A stretch of 64,000 nucleotides of DNA from Eledone cirrhosa (taxonomy: Eukaryota): positions 25,792,001-25,856,000 of the forward strand of contig OZ024763.1 of NCBI GenBank assembly GCA_964016885.1, given 5' to 3'. Positions 52,921 through 64,000 of this stretch are shown in pieces. The notes beneath the pieces were generated by a model. It saw nothing but the letters and a program-made list of their open reading frames with translations, had not been told where the DNA came from and did not search any database. The first letter of the stretch is position 1. Each line of letters starts with the position of its first letter. A program made the position numbers and the translations under genes.

Positions 52921-54810
52921 CACGAACCAACAACAACTCTTCTACCACACTACCATCATCACCATCACCACCAACAACACAACCAACAACAACCACCACC
53001 ACTACCACCGCCTCCAACAACAGCTCCACCACCACCACTACCAACAATACCAACACCACAACCACCAACAACAACAGCCACCACAACTACCAAGTACACC
53101 AACACCAACACAACCACCAACACCAACAATAACAACAATAACAACATGACCACCACAACCAACAACACCATAACCACCATACCACCATCATAACCATCAC
53201 CGCTACCACCATCCTCACTAACAATAACACTGCAATCCAACACCACCACCACTAACAACAACCACAACCACCACCACCACAACGATCACAACATCACCAC
53301 CATCAAAACACCACCACCACAACAAAACCACAATTACCATAACCACAACACTATCACCAACACCACCACCACCACAACAACAACAACAAAATCATCACAA
53401 CACCACCACAACGATCACAACATCACCACCATCACAACACCACCACCACAACAAAACCACAATTACCATAACCACAACACTATCACCAACACCACCACCA
53501 CCACAACAACAACAAAATCATCACAACACCACCACAACGATCACAACATCACCACCATCACAACACCACCACCACAACAAAACTGCAATTACCATAACCA
53601 CAACACTATCACCAACACCACCTAACAACCACCACAACACCACAACCATCACAACGCCACCACCACAGCAACCACCATCCCCACCACAACGCCACAACCA
53701 TCACAACACCACCACCACAGCAACCACCATCCCCACCACAACCATCACAACGCCACCACCACAGCAACCACCATCCCCCACCACAACACCACAACCATCA
53801 CAACACCACCACCACAGCAACCACCATCCCCACCACAACACCACAACCATCACAACGCCACCACCACAGCAACCACCATCCCCACCACAACACCACAACC
53901 ATCACAACACCACCACCACAGCAACCACCATCCCCACCACAACACCACAACCATCACAACACCACCACCACAACAACCACCATCCCCACCACAACACCAC
54001 AACCATCACAACGCCACCACCACAACAACCACCATCCCCACCACAACACCACAACCATCACAACGCCACCACCACAGCAACCACCATCCCCACCACAACA
54101 CCACAACCATCACAACACCACCACCACAGCAACCACCATCCCCACCACAACACCACAACCATCACAACACCACCACCACAACAACCACCATCCCCACCAC
54201 AACACCACAACCATCACAACGCCACCACCACAGCAACCACCATCCCCACCACAACACCACATCCATCACAACGCCACCACCACAGCAACCACCATCCCCA
54301 CCACAACACCACAACCATCACAACGCCACCACCACAGCAACCACCATCCCCACCACAACCATCACAACGCCACCACCACAACAACCACCATCCCCACCAC
54401 AACACCACAACCACCACAACACCACAACCATCACAACACCACCACCACAGCAACCACCATCCCCACCACAACACCACAACCATCATAACACCACCACCAC
54501 AACAACCACCATCCCCACCACAACCATCACAACACCACCTACAACAACCCCCATCCCCACCACAACACCACAACCATCACAACACCACCACCACAACAAC
54601 CACCATCCCCACCACAACCATCACAACACCACCTACAATAACCATCATCCCCACCACAACACCACAACCATCACAACACCACCATCCCCAATACAACACC
54701 ACAACAACCACCACCACAACCATCAGAACCCCCCCCCCCAACACCACAACCATCACAACACCACCTACAACAACCACCACCACCACCACCACCACCATCA
54801 CCCTCACAAC
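52921..54810. repeat. ACC/AAC-rich composite satellite (~125-bp and ~60-bp units)
   Basis: Repeated accatcacaacgccaccaccacagcaaccaccatccccaccacaacaccaca. Confidence 0.85.
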
Positions 54811-55884
54811 ACTAATTCATTGCATGTAAAGGGTGTGTTTTAATAAAACAAACTTTATAAAGAACCGTTTCGGTCAGAAAACAATAATGACTGTTTCTAC
54901 TTTTGGCAGAAGACCAGCAATTAGCCAGTGCATTACTGGTACTTTATTTTATCAACCCCATAAAGATGAAAGGCAAAGTTAACCTCAGCAGAATTTGGAC
55001 TTAAATCGTAAAGGGCCATAACTCTATGCTGCAAAGCATGGCGTCCGACCCTCTGCAATACAACAATAATGGTTTCTTATATAGGCACAAGGCTAGCCAT
55101 TTGTGGCGAGGAGAAAGTCGATTAAATCGACCTCAGTACATTACTGGTACTTTATTTTATCCACCACCGTAAGGATGAAAAGCAAAGTTAACCTCGGCAG
55201 GATTTGAACTCAGAACGTAAAGGGCCATAACTCTGTGCTGCAAAGCAGGGCGTCCGACTACAATACAAGACAGCTATAATAGTCACAGATTTTCTTCTCT
55301 CTATCTCAACTACTCCCCCTCTCTCTTACCGTTATATTCTCCCCTTCCTATTACTACTACTCTTTCACTTCCTTCTTCTATTTATTCTCTTTCACATTTT
55401 TTACGTTCTCCTCTTTCTCTCCCCCTTCTACACATCCTATACCTGTTCCTTCTTCTCTCTTCCTCCACTTTCTTCATATCCATCCCGCCTCTATCTTCTC
55501 CTTTTCCTCTTCCTCTGTTTTTTTTGTTTTTTTTGCATCTACTCCCTCTCCTCCTCCTCCACAATCCAAACCTGTCTTGACATCCACCATGATCACCCCG
55601 ACCTCATCCTATCCCTCTCACCCCCTCTCTCTTCTTCACATCCACCACTACCACGACCTCATCCTAACCCTCTCGCCCCTTCCCTCTTCTTCACATCCAC
55701 CACCACCACCACCTTCTATCTCTCCCGTTCCCTACCCCGCCGTCCTCCTTCTTCACCTCCTACGACACCTGCCCAGCTCGATAAAATCTTATTATATAAC
55801 TCGGTTGGGTTATCTGACTACAAGAAGTTTTGGTTACCTGAGTGTGTTTTGTTTTGTGCAGAGGCAGACGACAAAACAAACTGA

Positions 55885-56040
55885 CAGACACGAAAAACAG
55901 AGACAGACAGACTAACAAACGGACAGAGACAGACAGATAGACTAACAAACGGACAGAGACAGACAGACAGACTAACAAACGGACAGAGACAGACAGATAG
56001 ACTAACAAACGGACAGAGACAGACAGATAGACTAGACAAG
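55885..56040. repeat. 30-bp tandem repeat
   Basis: actaacaaacggacagagacagacagatag, about 4-5 copies. Confidence 0.85.
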
Positions 56041-56406
56041 CTGACAGACAGACGAAGTGACAGCTAGATAGACAAGCAGACAGAAAGATAAACAAGTTGA
56101 CAAAAGAACAGACAAACTGACAAAGTCATTCATTTAAGTCAGGTACTTGCAAGGGTAAAAAAACATTCGTTGCTGCTGCTGTCGTTGCTTTTATTAGAAA
56201 ATATTTTACCCAAAAATATCTTTACATTTACCAAAAAATACTTATATATATTTTAACCAAATATATATATATATATATATATGCATATATTTTTAAAACC
56301 AAATATATATATATTTTTTTAACCAAATATATATATATATATATTTTAAAACCAAATATATACACATATATATATTAACCAAATATATACGTATATATAT
56401 TTACCA

Positions 56407-56448
<42 letters not shown>

Positions 56449-56599
56449 TATGTAGTTGACGGACGAGAGAAAAAAACTACTCAATACCGAAGTAGTGTTT
56501 AAATATATACGTTAATATATATATATATATTAATCACCTGTCTTGGAGTGAAGATCCAGGAAAGAGAGAAAGAAAGAGAAACGAATTCCAGTAGTCATC

Positions 56600-56682
56600 A
56601 TGATCGAAAATCTTTCTTTTGTTTTTGGGGAATCCTCAACATATCTTCTCGTTGCTCTACTAGTTTTAGGGTTCATATATAT
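56600..56682 (+). CDS. Cytochrome P450 (CYP3 clan) exon 1, membrane anchor
   Basis: ATG...AT|gtgagt; MIENLSFVFGESSTYLLVALLVLGFIY hydrophobic anchor; phase 2 joins exon 2 in frame. Confidence 0.75.
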
Positions 56683-58599
56683 GTGAGTAGACCAACAGAT
56701 ACTTCTGTCTATCTATTTTATTTTCTCTCCTTCTTCTTCCTCTCATTCTTCTTCTTATTATTATTATAGGCGATGGATTGGCAAAATCGGTAGAGAGTCG
56801 GACACCATGCTTTGCAGCATAGAGTTACGTCCCTTTATGATCTGAGTTCAAATCCCGCCGAGGTTAACTTTGCCTTTCATCCTTACGGGGTCGATAAAAT
56901 AAAGTACCAGTAATACACTGGGATAATTGCTGGCCTTGTGCCCAATGTAGAAACAATTATTATAGGCGATGGATTGGCAGTATCGGTAGAGGGTCGAACG
57001 CCATGCTTTGCAGCATAGAGTTACGTCCCTTTACGGTCTCAGTTCAAATCCCGTCGAGGTTAACTTTGCCTTTCATCCTTACGGGGTCGATAAAATAAAG
57101 TACCAGTAATACACTGGGATAATTGCTGGCCTTGTGCCAAAAAGTAGAAACAATTATTGTTCTTAGTCTGTTTGTCTTTTTCTCGTTCTTCTTCGTCTTT
57201 CGTCTCTCTCTATCTGTCAGTCTTCGCCTTCCTCCTCCTGCTCCTCCTGTTGTTGCTGTTGCTGTTGTTGTTGTTGTTCAATGCGAAATTAGAAGTTCTG
57301 CAACAGGTGTAGTAATATTTATGGTATGGTATGGTCCCATAACTCCTGATAGAAACGTAGGGGCACTGTATTGACATACAGCGTTTCTTGGAGATCTTGA
57401 GCCTGGTGGAGCCCTTCCCTCTCCAGGCCTGAGTACAGCAGATTTCTTCCAGAGAAATATAGAAATTGAGAGAGAGAGAGGGAGGAAGTGAGAAAAAGAT
57501 ATAGAGGAAGAATCGACCCCAGTATTAGACTGGTACTTTTTTTAAAGACCTCGAAAGGATGAAAGCCAAAGTTGGCTTTGACACTAGTCCTTCATGAGAA
57601 GAAAAAGTTAGAAATTACATAGATTGAAGGGACGGGTGGGGCAGAATTGGAAAAAATGTTTTTAGAGAAAAATAACTAGTCCATTCATGTTGCCATCATC
57701 ATCATCATCGTTTAACGTCCGTATTCCACGCTTGCATGGGTTTGGACGGGAGTTTTCCCACTTGAGGCAAGATTTGTTGTCCTGCTCGCATAGGACTGTC
57801 TGGCGGGTTTTCTACGGCTGGATGCCCTTCCTAACACCAACCACGTTTACAGTGTGGAAACTGGGAGGGTTTTACCGTGTTACCTACACGACCACATTAC
57901 AGCGTGGACTGTCTGGCGGGTTTTCTACGGCTGGATGCCCTTCCTAACACCAACCACGTTTACAGTGTAGAAACTGGGAGGTTTTTACTGTGTTGCCTAC
58001 ACGGCCACATTACAGCGTGGACTGTCTGGCGGGTTTTCTACGGCTGGATGCCCTTCCTAACACCAACCACGTTTACAGTGTGGAAACTGGGAGGTTTTTA
58101 CCGTGTTACCTACACGGCCACATTACAGCGTGGACTGTGTGTTGTCTTTTTGTCGTGACACCTACACAACCTCATTTGTTTCGGCCTGAATGTTGTGGTA
58201 CCAACATAACTTTACATTGAAAAGGGTGGTGTGGATGGAGTGGGGGTAGTGAGACGGGGGGGGGGTGTATTTTTATTAGAGGTGCCTCTCTTGGAAAACT
58301 ATTGATGCTGGCTGGTGTTTTGTGTATGATATATTTTTTAAGAAAAATGGATGATGGAGCGCGTCTACCTATAATAGAAAAAAAAACGTTTTGTATAAAG
58401 AGATATACTTGTGCGTTTGTGTGTGTTATTATACGTCCTGTTGTTAAGTTATTATACGTCCTGTCATTAAATAGAGTGCAAGAATCAATGCGAGCAAGAT
58501 GCCGGCCTCTGGCCTGTCCGAGGATGTCAGTAACTCTGCTTGTGTATTGATCTAGCCTGTTGACAACACTTACTAACGGAGAAGAAAGCAGATGTTATA

Positions 58600-59890
58600 C
58601 AATGATGAATGATGGTGTGGTGATGGTGGTTGTGGTGGTGTGGTGATGGTGTGATGATAATGGGGGTGTGGTGATGGTGTGATGATTGTGGTGATGGTAT
58701 GATGGTGGTGGTGGTGTCGTGGTGATGGTATGATGGTGATGATGATAATGTTGGTGTGGTGATGGTATGGTGGTGGTGTGGTGATGGTGTGATGATTGTG
58801 GTGATGGTATGATGGCATGATGGTAGTGGTGGTGGTATAGTGGTGATGATGGTGGTGGTGGTGGTGTGGTGATGGTGTGATGATTGTGGTGATGGTATGA
58901 TGGCATGATGGTAGTGGTGGTGGTATAGTGGTGATGATGGTGGTGGTGTGGTGATAGTATGATGATAATGGTGATGGTGTGATGATTGTGGTGATGGTAT
59001 GGTGGTGGTGGTATAGTGGTGATGATGGTGGTGATGGTATGATGATAATGGTGGTGTGGTGATGGTATGATGGTGATGATGATAATGTTGGTGTGGTGAT
59101 GGTGATGATGATAATGTTGGTGTGGTGATGGTATGGCGGTGGCGTGATGATTGTGGTGATGGTATGATGGTGGTGGTGGTATAGTGATGATGATGGTGGT
59201 GGTGTGGTGATGGTATGATGATAATGGTGGTGTGGTGATGGTATGATGGTGGTGGTGGTATAGTGATGATGATGGTGGTGGTGGTGGTGTGGTGATGGTA
59301 TGATGATAATGGTGGTGTGGTGATGGTATGATGGTGGTGGTGGTATAGTGATGATGATGGTGGTGGTGGTGGTGTGGTGATGGTATGATGATAATGGTGG
59401 TGTGGTGATGGTGGTGATGGTATGATGGTGGTGTCGTGATGGTGTGATTATTGTGGTGATGGTATGATGGTGGTAGTGGTGTTGTGGTGATGGTATGATG
59501 GTGATGATGATAATGTTGGTGTGGTGATGGTATGGTGGTGGTGTGGTGATGGTGATCACGATGATGATGGTGATGGTGATGGTGTGGTGATGGTATGATG
59601 ATAATGGTGGTGTGGTGATGGTGTGATGATTGTAGTGATGGTATGATGGTGGTGGTGGTGTTGCGGTGATGGTATGATGGTGATGATGATAATGTTGGTG
59701 TGGTGATGGTATGGTGGTGGTGTGGTGATGGTGATCACGATGATGATGGTGATGGTGATGGTGTGATGATGATGATGGTGTAGTAATGATTATGATGATG
59801 ATGTGATGGTATGTTGGTGATGATGATGATAGTGATAATGGTATGGTGATGATATGATGATGATGATGATGTGATGGCTGTGTTGATGTT
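58600..59890. repeat. GGT/GAT compound microsatellite in CYP intron 1
   Basis: Directly visible. Confidence 0.9.
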
Positions 59891-61122
59891 TTTTCCTTCT
59901 CAACTCAGTTATTTTTTCAGTTGATTAAAAATTCTTTTTTTAGATTTACAGATAATCACCACATGGTCACATGTTATGACAACCTGCACTTAACTATATA
60001 TTTTTCATGAAGATGGCGTACCCTGGTTGGAATGTTTTGTTTTGGGGTTTATTTTTACAATGTCATATCAGCTTATCTATTTTAGATTTGCAGATAATCA
60101 CCATATGGTCGCATGTTATGACAACCTGCACTTAACTATATATTGTTCATGCAGATAGCGTACCCTGGTTGGAATTTGTGTTTATCTATTAGTTTTACAA
60201 TGTCATAATGGCTTATCTATTGCTTCTAAGAAATAAGATATCGCTGCCTTATCTGGGTTAAAATATGTCCTTGGCCTTTTCAACTCTGTCAAGTGTGAGA
60301 TAGTACAATGTAATTATGTTGCAGAATCATGGTTGTGTGTCAGTGGTGTATATAGAGAGAAGTACACAAAGAGATATGTGTTCAATCATGGTTGTGTGTC
60401 AGTGGTGTATATAGAGAGAAGTACACAAAGAGATATGTGTTCAATCTTAGAGGTTCAAAAACCACCAAAGTGACAAACATTTTACCTGCGGAAGGAATAG
60501 TGAATATAAATCAATAAAAAGAATATATTAAAGTGTACTAACCATCCAATTATGACTATAACACCCGGACATATTCAAATAAGAGTGTTTTGCTATAATA
60601 AGTGAAGAATCCATATTGTAGATGTAGCTCATCGGTGGGTGCCTAGCCATATGATTAACACTTCTATAAAAAATATATCAGATAACTAAGTAAACATGCA
60701 TGGTATAGCCCATGGTGGTGTGAATAGACCAAAAGACCACTAAAAATAGTAGCCCAGAGCCATTCAACTTTAGAAACTCTACTTACATATAGAAATGAAA
60801 CAGGAGCTAAAATTAACAGAGTTAATATCATCCTTTTTATTATATATATATATATTATATATATATTATATATATATATATATGAAGTGTTTCCGTAGGA
60901 AGGGTAAAAGAAAGGAGAGTGCTCTATGTATGCTACAGAACTACATAATTATGTAATAAACAACATAAGACAATTATTCCATTTACCAAAGGTTTCACGA
61001 AGACAGACTAACCCAACAGGGACATCTGAAATTGCTCATAAGAATGAAAATTTAATACGGAAGTAAGATATGAATTGGTATTAGCTTTGTTTTTAAATTC
61101 ATATCTTACGTCTATATTAAAT

Positions 61123-61195
61123 TTCCATTCTGATGAGCGATTTCAGACATCTCTGTTGGGTTCGTCTGTCTTAGTGAAACCTTTGGTAAATGGAA
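61123..61195 (+). ncRNA. Type I hammerhead ribozyme with a decayed inverted partner (about 60977-61050, -)
   Basis: ttccatt CUGAUGA [long stem II] GAAA cc-ttt-gg UA aatggaa; the partner's core is mutated to CUUAUGA. Confidence 0.8.
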
Positions 61196-62347
61196 TAATT
61201 GTCTTATGTTGATTATTACATAATTATATTATATTATATATATATATATATCATCATCATCATTGTTTTACGTCCGTTCTTCCACGCTAGCATGGGTTAG
61301 ACGGGTTGTCCTGTTGTGGGTAGTGTCTGGTCGGCTGACCATGTCTTGCTCATACGGGAACTGATTCTGGCTTGATTTCTACAGCTGGATGCCCTTCCTA
61401 ACACCGACCTCATTTACAGTGAGTGCTGGGTGCTTTTTTTCCGTGGCGCCTACATGTTCTCTTTTACAGTGTGGGCTGGGTGCTTTTTTTTTTTTTTTTT
61501 TTGCCATGGCACCTCCACGTCCACTTTGTAGTGGAATGATAGGAACCCCAGTCCTATCATCTCATTTCTACAGCTGAGTAAACTGGAGCAATGTGAAATA
61601 AAGTATCTTGCTCAAGGAAACAACACATTACCCGGTCCGAGAATTGAACTCACAACCTATATATATATATATAATATATACTATTGTCAATGTCTGGTTC
61701 GATGGCCAACTAAGTACCAGTTAACAAACCATTTTCCTCTAGGGATGTGGTCAGTTTCCTTCTGACTACTCATTCTGTGACCACTCTGCTGTGTGACGGA
61801 CAGAGGGTGAAATAAGTCTTTTATAATATAGACTAGGTGTCCCCTCCTCATTGGCCCTCATTACCACCCCTCCCACAGATCTATTGGCAGTATTAACTTT
61901 AAGCATGACATAAGTTATCTCCCTCTTCTTTCAACTTAAAAAAGGGGTTACCTCCCCTTTTCACTCCTACATATAAGCGTGACGGACAGACAGTGAAACA
62001 GCTCATCTTTTGTAATATAGATTAACCACAAGTTTGATGTCTGAAAATGATAATTTTTGTAACATAAATCACAGCAAAACTAACCAGCAGGAGACCCAGG
62101 GGTAGACCTTGAGCAAGATAATTGGATAACATCCACGAGCTTGGCTGGTCTCACTTGGGGATCCAGCTGGATCAGTTGGAGACGAATGCTTCTGACAGGA
62201 CCCGCTGGAAGGAGTGTTTGAGGACTCTTCCCCCATGACCCCAAGAAATCACAGCAACAACAAAAGCAATAGTGTGTGTGTGTGTGTGTGTTGAACAATG
62301 TACTTCATTAACAGTTTGTGAGTGTCTTCTACAATTCTTTTCTCCAG

Positions 62348-62444
62348 ATATTTTAATTGGCCATATTCATATCTAAAGTCATATGGATTTCCAGGACCTA
62401 AACCTCGGTTACCTTGGGGTAATTTGAAAGAAGTACAAATCAAG
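62348..62444 (+). CDS. Cytochrome P450 (CYP3 clan) exon 2
   Basis: ctccag acceptor, AAG|gtcagt donor; YFNWPYSYLKSYGFPGPKPRLPWGNLKEVQIK contains the proline-rich PGP-x-P-x-x-P-x-GN hinge of microsomal P450s. Confidence 0.85.
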
Positions 62445-63591
62445 GTCAGTATATTTGCATATTGGGTCAATAACCTGTCTCCATGGTGTTGTGTTTTTAT
62501 TGTTGTTGTTGCTCGTTTGTTTCTCTGTCTTCTTCCCTCTCTTCTCTCTCTTCTGCTTTTCCGTCTTCTCCCTCATTCCTCTTCTTCTCTTCTCTCTCTC
62601 TTCTTCTCTCTCTTCGGCTTCTCCGTCTTCTCTCTCTTTCCTCTTCTCTTCTCTCTTCTCTCTCTCTTCCTCTCTCTCTTCAGGTCTTTTCTTACCCTGC
62701 AAAGTTTCTCTTCAAACTAATATTACAATTCAACACACCCCATGTTGTTTTATTATTATATTGGCAGTATCGGTAGAGGGTCGGATGCATTGCTTTGAAG
62801 CATAGAGTTACCTCCCTGTCTGATCTGAGTTCAAATCCCGCCGAGGTTAACTTTGCCTTCCATCCTTCCGGGGTCGATAAAATAAAGTACCAGTAATGCA
62901 CTGGGTAATTGCTGGCCTTGTGCCAAAAGTAGAAACAATTATTATTACCATCATCACCTTCACAGTCTGAGTTCAAATCCCGCCGAGGTTAACTTTGCCT
63001 TTCATCCATACGGCGGTCGATAAAATAAAGTACCAGTAATGTACTGGATAATTGCTGGCCTTGTGCCAAAAGTAGAAACAATTATTACCATCATCACCAC
63101 CATCATCATTATATGTTTTGATTCAAGTGATAAATATTTATAATGTTACATAATTTCTTCTGACAGAGATACTAGATATCTATATATAGATATATTTACA
63201 GTCTGAGGTGTGACCATAGTGTGTGCAAACGCACACAGTTTCACAATCTAAATATAGCAAACGAGAAAAAAAGAATTTCATTCAACAAAGATTATCCTCA
63301 CAGTTCCACAACTGAAATTCAATGAGAAGCAAGTAAGGGAGAAAACTCTTATAGCTTGAGCTGATACTAGAGATTTTTTATTAATTGCTTCCCTTCACTC
63401 TACATTGTGTATTCAGGGGAGGTTACTCTATCAGTGACTTATTGCGCCCAGAGTGTGCAGAAGATTACGGCAATGCCATTGGAGTGGACCTTGTACCTTG
63501 TCAATAAGCCAACTTTGTGAAAAATCTTACATATTTCTATCCTATAAAACCTCTTCAGTACATTCATTCATATCTGTTTTATTTTTTGTAG

Positions 63592-63644
63592 GGAAAATTT
63601 GTCACTGATGCTGAATGGTTGAACAAATATGGGGATGTTGTGGG
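63592..63644 (+). CDS. Cytochrome P450 (CYP3 clan) exon 3; gene continues beyond the window
   Basis: ttgtag acceptor, GG|gtgaga donor; 53 nt, GKFVTDAEWLNKYGDVVG, resembling the CYP3A exon ending KYGKVWG. Confidence 0.82.
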
Positions 63645-64000
63645 GTGAGAAAATATTTATATATATATTAATATAATTAATTAATTTTTATTCATATTTA
63701 TATCTAGGCATGTTTATACACACACGTGTGTGGTTGTGAGTGTATATAAATTTTTATGTGTGTGGTTATATATATATATATATATCATCATCATCATTTA
63801 ACCTTCATCTTCCACGGTAGCATGGGCTAGATGGTTTTGTTCCATTTGATGTGAGAATGGTCGGGAGACCTTGTCTCGCTTGTACAGAAGTGTCTCTGGC
63901 AGGATTTTTACAGCTGGATGCCCTTCCTAAACTGTGGACTGGGAGCCTTTTTACCATGTCTCCTACACAACCACCTTACAATAGTATATATTTATATATA

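Noticed and set aside
38696-53086. Giant ORFs (up to 3640 aa; poly-V, poly-T, P/L-rich, G/S-rich)
   Set aside because: Open in several frames on both strands because the triplet-based satellite lacks stop codons; no signal peptide or domain.
59940-60445. ~143-bp and 59-bp direct duplications
   Set aside because: Simple local duplications with no coding or structural signal that I could support.
63522-63563. Minus-strand CUGAAGA...GAAA tatgta motif before CYP exon 3
   Set aside because: Stem I does not pair and stem II is weak.

Overview
AT-rich, microsatellite-dense animal genomic DNA. The SINE/RTE repeat landscape suggests a coleoid cephalopod, probably an octopus (inference). Two spliced genes lie on the + strand: the last eight exons of an E3 ubiquitin ligase mind bomb 2 (MIB2; ankyrin repeats plus two RING fingers, 1831-30963) and the first three exons of a CYP3-clan cytochrome P450 (56600-63644). 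Between them is a ~16 kb ACC/ACT-rich minisatellite whose giant ORFs are judged spurious. Ordinary repeats include RTE LINE fragments, an R4/Dong fragment, two tRNA-SINE families, a Helitron and a DD37D maT transposon. The main discovery is a set of non-coding elements carrying minimal type I hammerhead ribozymes (retrozyme / Penelope-pLTR-like). Two are very young tandem arrays with unrelated monomers (467 bp and 310 bp). Each is flanked by (TA)n and split into two oppositely oriented arms joined head-to-head, so that both ribozyme-sense 3' ends face the (TA)n flanks. Several older, shorter hammerhead-bearing elements from other families show the same geometry. This suggests a twin-primed, rolling-circle reverse transcription mechanism targeted to (TA)n (inference). 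All ribozyme calls come from manual pairing, not from a folding program or an assay.
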